From IMG/VR virus record IMGVR_UViG_3300037783_000023, positions 1 through 56,706 of that record: a DNA stretch of 56,706 bases; one strand, written 5' to 3'. Position 1 is the stretch's first letter. The number at the start of each line of letters is the position of its first letter. A program made the translations under genes and the position numbers. The notes below the pieces were generated by a model. That model ran no database searches. It saw only the letters and a program-made list of their open reading frames with translations, and was not told where the DNA came from. The DNA is from a virus (taxonomy: Duplodnaviria; Caudoviricetes). Shown here in pieces: positions 51,000 through 56,706 of the stretch.

Positions 51000-53900
51000 A
51001 TGTCCACGCTCACGTCTCAGCTGATCATTTCCCTGATCGACCGGGTCTCAGGCCCGGCTCGCGCTGCGGCGGGTGCGCTGGGCGGCATCACCCGGACCAT
51101 CGGAGAGGCTAACCGCCTCCCGGTGGCCTTCTCGGACCGGCTGGACGGGGCGCTGGCAAGCAATCGGCGCTCGCTGGATAGCGCCCGGGCTGGAGTTCTG
51201 GACGCGGTCGGCGGTTTCTACGCGCTGCGCGAGGCTCTCGGCGGCCCGATCATGGCTGCGGCCGAGTTCGAAAGCGCGATGGCCGACGTCCGCAAGGTGG
51301 TGGACTTCCCCACGCCGGAGGCGTTCGCGCAGTTCCGCGACGACCTGATGGGGCTCTCCCGTGAAATCCCCACTTCGGTCAACGGTCTGGCGGAGATTGC
51401 CGCAGCGGCCGGTCAGGCGGGCATCGCCGGGGACGACCTGATCCGGTTCACGGAGGCGGCGTCCAAGATCGGTGTCGCCTTCGACATTGGCGCCGATCAG
51501 GCCGGTGGGTCGATGGCGAACCTTATGACCGCCCTCGGTATGACGATTGACGAGACGGTGCTCCTCGCGGATGCGATGAACCACTTGTCGAACAATCAGG
51601 CATCCAGCGCGGCCGAGATTTTGGACGTGGTGCAGCGCGTCGGCGCGCAGGCCAGCATGTTCGGCTTCACGGCAGAGCAGACGGCGGCGTTCGCCTCGGC
51701 AATGGTGGCGGCGGGCGCGCAGTCCGATGTGGCGGCCACGTCCTTCCGCAACATGGGCGCGGCCCTGACGCGGGGCGCATCGGCCACTAGCACACAGCGG
51801 TCCGCGTTCCGGGCGCTGGGCTTGGACGCTGAGCAGGTCGCGCGGTCCATGCAGGAAAACGCGGTGGAGACGACCACCGACGTCTTGCGCCGGATTGCGC
51901 AGCTGCCCGCGGAACAGCAGGCGGCTATCTCGTCGCAGCTTTTCGGCAACGAGGCCCGGGCTCTTGGCCCCCTGCTCACGAACCTTGATCTGGTCGACGA
52001 AACCCTCGGATTGATCGCGGATCAATCGCAGTATGCCGGGTCAGCGTTCCGCGAGTTCATGGCGCGAAACGACACGTTCCTTGCCAACATGCAGCGCTTC
52101 AAAAACGTGGTCACCGGGCTGGGCATCGCTATCGGTGACGCGCTGCTGCCCGCAATATCGCGGCTGGCGGAGATGATCACGCCGGTGATCATCCGGCTGA
52201 CCGAGCTGGCCACCGCTTATCCCGAGGTCACAACGGCCATCGCCGGTTCGGCGGCGGCGTTTGTCGGGTTCGGCGCGGCAATGGCCGGCCTCCGTTTCGC
52301 CGGGCTGCTCGGGGCGAACGGGGCGCTGTCGCTCCTCGCCGGGGCTTTCCGGAGCATCAGCCTTGTCGCCCGTGCCGGTCCGCTGCTGGCCGTGGGCGCG
52401 GCGCTGTCGTTCCTGCGTCAGAATTGGGACGGCATTGTCTCCGGTGCGGCGGCTTTCCGCGACGCCTTCGCTGGCGGCATCGAGGCGGCGGGGCCTGCTA
52501 TGGCTTCTGTCTCCTCGGCGGTGCAGGACGCGCTCGGGTGGCTTGAGGCCCTAACAGGCCCCATCGACCCGGCGCGCTGGCAGAGCTGGGGCGCGGCGGC
52601 GGGCTCTGCGGCAGCCGAGGTGGTCTCGGCCCTTTCGCGGGCGGTCGTCGGCGCTGTGGAGTTCGGGCGCGAGCTTGTAATCGACCCCGGCGCTGCGCTG
52701 GCCCGGGCGGCGGAGAGCGGCAGGGCCATCGCTCAGGGCGTTCTCGACGGGCTGTCTGCCCGGTGGGCGGCGGTCGCCGAGTGGCTGTCCGGGCTTGATC
52801 TGGACTTTGGCAGTCTGGCCGCCAGCGCGGGCGTGTCGCTCGGGGCCTTGGGTGCTGACGTGGCGAACACGGCCATTGCTGCTATTGGCTCCGGATGGGC
52901 TTCGCTGACTGCGTACATCGAGGGGCTGAATATCGACTGGCCTACTGTCGGCGCGTCGTTCGGGGCTTGGCAGGCTGACGTGGCGAACGCGGCGATCGCT
53001 GCAATCGGCTCCGGCTGGACGTCGCTCATGGCCTACATCGACGGGCTGAATATCGACTGGTCCACTGTGGGTGCTTCGGTCGCGGGAGGCGTGGTTGCCA
53101 TCGCCAGCGGTGTCGGTGAGGCGGCCATCGCTGCCATCACCTTCTCGTGGTCATCCCTATCCACATTCGTCAGCGGTCTCGACATCGACTGGTCACAGGT
53201 CGCAGCCAACATCATCCTCGGGGTGCCGTCGGTCGCATACGGCCTCGGCTCTGCCTTGGTGCAGGCGATGGCTGGTGCCTATAGCGCGGTCCACGATTGG
53301 GCGTCCACTGTGACGGTCGATTGGGGCGCGGTGGGCGAAACGATTGGCTCCGGTGTGGGCAAGCTCGTCGGCGTGGTCGGCGGCTTTCTTTACGACACGT
53401 TCACGGAGATCTGGACCGGCGTGTCCACATGGCTCGCCAGCGATGGGCCGGGCGTGGATTGGGGTGGGGCTGCAAGTGCGCTCGTCGATGCCGTGTTTGA
53501 TGGTATCGGCGCAGCATGGGGCGCTTACTCTGACTTCGTGATGGGGCTCTTGCGAGGCCTCTTTGGCGAAATACCGCCAGAGGTGTTCGAGGCAGGGGCC
53601 AACCTGATCCAGCGGCTCAAGGACGGCGCGGTCCAGCAATTCGACGACTTCCTGAGCTGGGTGGGGGGCATCCCCGGCCGGATCATCGAGGCCATCGGTA
53701 GCATCGACCTATCGAGCCTGATCGACTTTGGCGAGCCTCCGCGCTGGCTGAAATGGCTCATGGGCGAGGATGAGGGGTCTGGCCCGCCTTCCCTTGAGGC
53801 TTTGCCCGCTGATCAGCGTGCGGCGGCGGATGCGCTGACCGCGGCTCGTGAAAGCGACGCATTGCCCAGCGCGGATTATCTGGCAGAGCTTGAGGCGCGA

Positions 53901-54554
53901 GCCGATGGGCAGCGTCAGATAATTGCCGAGCTTGAGGCCGATTTGGCGGCGTCGCCTGCGTGGACAGGTGTCGGCAATATGCTGGACAGGCGCGACGAGC
54001 GGCTGGACGGTGCGCGAGAGGAGCTGGCCGCGATCACGGCGGAGCAGGAGACAGCCCAAGCTAAGGCTGGTGAGTTGCAATCTGCGCTGGCGCTGCTCGG
54101 CAGCACTGAGGCTAATCCGGAGATAAGCACCGCTTCTATTGACGCGGCGCTGGCACAAGCGCGGGCCCTGTCGGCCGAGCTGCAAGGGCTGAACAGTCCG
54201 GCGGCTAATCCGGCGTCGTCCGGTGCGGAGATTGACGGAGCGCGGGCTAAGGGTGGTCCGGTAAGCCGTGGTGGCACCTATCTCGTGGGCGAGGAAGGCC
54301 CGGAGCTGATCACCGCGACCCGGAACGGCTATGTCCACCCGACCGGCGAGGGGCCTATGGCTCCCCCGGCGGCGGCATCGGCTCCCCCGTCGATCACGGT
54401 TCAGGTGGGCGACATTGTCGTTTCCCCGACCATCAGCACGACCGAGCGCGTTGATCCCGCTCAGCTCTCTCAAGAGCTGGCGCGGCAGATGCGCGACGAG
54501 GTGCGCGAGGCCTTCCGGGGCGTGTTCGCTGATACAGGCATGAGGTTTGCGTAA
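51000..54554 (+). CDS. Tape measure protein (TP901 family)
   Basis: FESAMADVRKVVDF; 1184 aa; Trp-spaced repeats; RAKGGPV..YLVGEEGPEL. Confidence 0.95.
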   Translation: MSTLTSQLIISLIDRVSGPARAAAGALGGITRTIGEANRLPVAFSDRLDGALASNRRSLDSARAGVLDAVGGFYALREALGGPIMAAAEFESAMADVRKVVDFPTPEAFAQFRDDLMGLSREIPTSVNGLAEIAAAAGQAGIAGDDLIRFTEAASKIGVAFDIGADQAGGSMANLMTALGMTIDETVLLADAMNHLSNNQASSAAEILDVVQRVGAQASMFGFTAEQTAAFASAMVAAGAQSDVAATSFRNMGAALTRGASATSTQRSAFRALGLDAEQVARSMQENAVETTTDVLRRIAQLPAEQQAAISSQLFGNEARALGPLLTNLDLVDETLGLIADQSQYAGSAFREFMARNDTFLANMQRFKNVVTGLGIAIGDALLPAISRLAEMITPVIIRLTELATAYPEVTTAIAGSAAAFVGFGAAMAGLRFAGLLGANGALSLLAGAFRSISLVARAGPLLAVGAALSFLRQNWDGIVSGAAAFRDAFAGGIEAAGPAMASVSSAVQDALGWLEALTGPIDPARWQSWGAAAGSAAAEVVSALSRAVVGAVEFGRELVIDPGAALARAAESGRAIAQGVLDGLSARWAAVAEWLSGLDLDFGSLAASAGVSLGALGADVANTAIAAIGSGWASLTAYIEGLNIDWPTVGASFGAWQADVANAAIAAIGSGWTSLMAYIDGLNIDWSTVGASVAGGVVAIASGVGEAAIAAITFSWSSLSTFVSGLDIDWSQVAANIILGVPSVAYGLGSALVQAMAGAYSAVHDWASTVTVDWGAVGETIGSGVGKLVGVVGGFLYDTFTEIWTGVSTWLASDGPGVDWGGAASALVDAVFDGIGAAWGAYSDFVMGLLRGLFGEIPPEVFEAGANLIQRLKDGAVQQFDDFLSWVGGIPGRIIEAIGSIDLSSLIDFGEPPRWLKWLMGEDEGSGPPSLEALPADQRAAADALTAARESDALPSADYLAELEARADGQRQIIAELEADLAASPAWTGVGNMLDRRDERLDGAREELAAITAEQETAQAKAGELQSALALLGSTEANPEISTASIDAALAQARALSAELQGLNSPAANPASSGAEIDGARAKGGPVSRGGTYLVGEEGPELITATRNGYVHPTGEGPMAPPAAASAPPSITVQVGDIVVSPTISTTERVDPAQLSQELARQMRDEVREAFRGVFADTGMRFA

Positions 54555-54988
54555 TGCTGATGATGCTGGGCCCGGTGCGGTTCGAAGTCGTGCCGTTCAA
54601 CGCGGGCAGCTATGACCACACCCATGCGGCCGGGTTCGCAGAGAAGCCGGTCCTTGGAGCCCGGCCCCCGCTTGAGTTCGTGGGGGCCGGGGCAGAGAGC
54701 TGGACGATCAAGGCGAAGCTCTTTCCCGAGAAATTCGGCGGGCTGGACGAGCTCGCGGCGCTGTATAGCGCCCGGGCGTCCGGTGAACCGCAATACATGA
54801 TGCGCGGCGACGGTGCCGTCATGGGGTGGGTCGTGATCCGCAACGTGACGGAGCGATCGAGCTATCTGGACGCAGGCGGTGTCGGCCGCGTGGTCGAGGT
54901 GGACATAGACGTATCGCGCAGCTCCGCACCAAAGCCCGCGAGCTTCTTCGGGCTGCTGGCGGGCGTATTCCTGCGAGGGCTTACATGA
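54554..54988 (+). CDS. Tail protein gpU-like
   Basis: MLMMLGPVRF...PPLEFVG..E. Confidence 0.8.
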   Translation: MLMMLGPVRFEVVPFNAGSYDHTHAAGFAEKPVLGARPPLEFVGAGAESWTIKAKLFPEKFGGLDELAALYSARASGEPQYMMRGDGAVMGWVVIRNVTERSSYLDAGGVGRVVEVDIDVSRSSAPKPASFFGLLAGVFLRGLT

Positions 54989-55212
54989 CAGACACGGCAG
55001 AGCGCGTGACCATCGAGGGCGATGGCCTGACGGTCTCGCTTATCGTTTGGCGACGGTTCCGGCAGCCTATGCCGGGGCTCGTCGAACAGATTTACCGGCT
55101 GAACCCCGGTCTGGCGGACCTTGGGGAGACGCTGCCGGTCGGCACGTCGTTCCTGCTGCCGATCCCGGCGGTCGAGCCTGAGCAGGCATTGGAGCCCATC
55201 CGGCTCTGGTAA
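54985..55212 (+). CDS. Tail protein X (P2 gpX/LysM-like)
   Basis: LNPGLADLG..LPVGT..LP...RLW. Confidence 0.85.
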   Translation: MTDTAERVTIEGDGLTVSLIVWRRFRQPMPGLVEQIYRLNPGLADLGETLPVGTSFLLPIPAVEPEQALEPIRLW

Positions 55213-55226
55213 CATCGGAGCGGTTC

Positions 55227-56309
55227 ATGCGCGCAGCGTTCAACGTCACGGTCGCCGGGACAAACATCACGACGGCGCTGCTCCCGGTGCTGGTGAGCCT
55301 GCGGGTCTCGGACAAGGTCGGCACCCACACGGACAGCGCCGAGCTTGAGATTGACGACACGGACGCCCGGATCGTCCTCCCCCGCAAGGGGGCGAAGGTC
55401 TCCATTAGCCTTGGCTGGCAGGGCGAAGGGATGCGCGAGGTGTTCCGCGGCACGGTGGACGAGGTGAAGTCCTCGGGCAGCCGGGGCTCGGGGCGGCGCC
55501 TTCGGATAAGCGCAAAGGGCATGGACACCACCGGCCCCGCCAAGGAGGGCCAGCAGCGCCATTGGGACGAGGCCACGGTCGAGACCATCCTGCGCGACGC
55601 GGCCGAGTTTGCCGGGGTCCCGAACGTCCAGATCGACCCGGCGCTGCGCAGCCTGTCCCGCAGTTACTTCGAGATGCGCGACGAGAGCTTCGCGGCGATG
55701 GGCGAGCGCCTGTCGCGTGAAATTGGTGCGAATTTCAGGATCGTGGACGACACGGTGATCCTGTCCAAGCGCAGCGCGGATTACGAGGCTGCGGTCCGGG
55801 CCGCGTGGGGCGAGAACCTGCATAGCTGGGACATTGCCCCGCAGCTCGGGCGGCCGCAGTTTAGCGGCGTCCGGTCCCGATGGTACGACGTCGAGAACAC
55901 GGGCTGGCAGATTGTGGAGCGGGCGACCGGGCTGGACGTCCGCGCGATCCACTCCGGCCGCCTGTCGCTGGCGGGACCGACCGAGGCCACGCAGCAGACA
56001 GACAGCGACGCGGCCACGGCCGAGCGCGACGCGGGCGAAGGCTCCGTCGTGATCGAGGGCAATACGGCGGCCATCCCTGACGGGCTGTGCATCGTCTCCG
56101 GCACCCGGCCGGGCGTGGACGGGTCGTATCGCATCGAGGCCGTGACCCACACGCTCAGCCGAGGCGGCGGCTTTGTGACCGCCCTTGAGCTGAAACAGCC
56201 ACGCGCAGGGGCCGGAGCCGACCCCCGCGAGGCCACGACTGCGCCGGTGGCTCAGGCCGAGCCAAGCGCGCCACCCACATTCGACCCGGACGTCTCCGGG
56301 CCTCAGTAA
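55227..56309 (+). CDS. Baseplate hub / late control D family protein
   Basis: D..G...DS.EL, LGWQG, GTVDEV, ES...RL, VTH..GGGFVT.LEL. Confidence 0.88.
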   Translation: MRAAFNVTVAGTNITTALLPVLVSLRVSDKVGTHTDSAELEIDDTDARIVLPRKGAKVSISLGWQGEGMREVFRGTVDEVKSSGSRGSGRRLRISAKGMDTTGPAKEGQQRHWDEATVETILRDAAEFAGVPNVQIDPALRSLSRSYFEMRDESFAAMGERLSREIGANFRIVDDTVILSKRSADYEAAVRAAWGENLHSWDIAPQLGRPQFSGVRSRWYDVENTGWQIVERATGLDVRAIHSGRLSLAGPTEATQQTDSDAATAERDAGEGSVVIEGNTAAIPDGLCIVSGTRPGVDGSYRIEAVTHTLSRGGGFVTALELKQPRAGAGADPREATTAPVAQAEPSAPPTFDPDVSGPQ

Positions 56310-56324
56310 AATAGGACTGACTTT

Positions 56325-56651
56325 ATGGCGCAGGATTGGGTCTCGGGCATCCCGACCGTGATTTACTTCATCATCGGGCTGGGGGGCGTCGCCGGCGCGA
56401 TCCTCGCCATGATTAAGCTCTGGCAGACGATCCGGCCAGAGCCGGACACCACCGAGCGCGACATTGAGATAATCCGCGACGACGTCCACGACATTCGCGG
56501 CCGGGTCGCGGCGCTTGAGCTTGAGGTCGCCAAGATCGACCAACCCGCCATCGTGAAGCGTTTTGACGGCATCGAGGGCAAGATCGACCGCCTTTACGAG
56601 TTCCTGCTCGACCGTTTTTCTGAGCCCCCCTCTACTGACCGCCGACGCTGA
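56325..56651 (+). CDS. Putative holin/membrane protein (one TM helix + coiled coil)
   Basis: N-terminal TM segment; directly upstream of endolysin across the contig junction. Confidence 0.5.
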   Translation: MAQDWVSGIPTVIYFIIGLGGVAGAILAMIKLWQTIRPEPDTTERDIEIIRDDVHDIRGRVAALELEVAKIDQPAIVKRFDGIEGKIDRLYEFLLDRFSEPPSTDRRR

Positions 56652-56706
56652 GGGCGGCGCAGGACGCCCACTGTGGCGCGCCTGCTAAAATCTCGGCTCC
56701 CCCCCC
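56580..56706 (+). repeat. Terminal direct repeat, copy 2
   Basis: Identical to 1-127. Confidence 0.95.

Larger units (their letters stand above)
1..56579. mobile_element. Complete circularly permuted temperate phage genome (lambda-like head, P2-like contractile tail), probable Rhodobacteraceae host
   Basis: Integrase, attP, repressor/cro, replication, terminase, portal, capsid, sheath, tube, tape measure and lysis genes are all present; no host chromosomal flanks; ends overlap by 127 bp. Confidence 0.95.

Overview
The window is an apparently complete, circularly permuted genome (~56.58 kb, GC-rich) of a temperate tailed phage; bases 1-127 are repeated exactly at 56580-56706, consistent with an assembly overlap. 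The host is most likely a Rhodobacteraceae/alphaproteobacterium: the attP core matches the 3' end of a Rhodobacteraceae-type tRNA-Glu, there are GTTC-N7-GTTC SOS boxes, and the SSB and LexA-like proteins are alpha-type. Layout: lysis cassette (56325-2107 across the junction); leftward accessory operon (6131->2252, with an Rmf-like mini-gene and a DUF4942-type N6-adenine methyltransferase); attP/int/xis (6.2-7.7 kb); long leftward early operon (DUF932, Arc proteins, RecT, mini-LexA, SSB, alpha-CTD mimic, Lar-like, etc.); immunity region (18.7-19.7 kb); replication genes with iteron origin; lambda-like cos site (~25350); a ParB + DpdA-like + queC-folE-queD-queE 7-deazaguanine cluster inserted between cos and terS; lambda-like head genes; and a P2-like contractile tail with PAAR and a large DUF4815-like baseplate protein. 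Most interesting: (1) a LexA-wired switch (non-cleavable repressor, two SOS boxes, a candidate LexA-controlled antirepressor and a phage-encoded LexA DNA-binding domain); (2) three regulators (Arc, 3xArc, RNAP alpha-CTD) sharing one C-terminal module; (3) a recurrent hairpin + TCCACGGAG element over early-gene ribosome-binding sites, one copy of which precedes an ORF antisense to cro whose stop overlaps the repressor start; (4) a packaging-linked deazaguanine module whose QueC lacks the zinc cysteines; (5) apparent genome-wide absence of CCWGG. All family assignments come from motif recognition by eye, not database searches.
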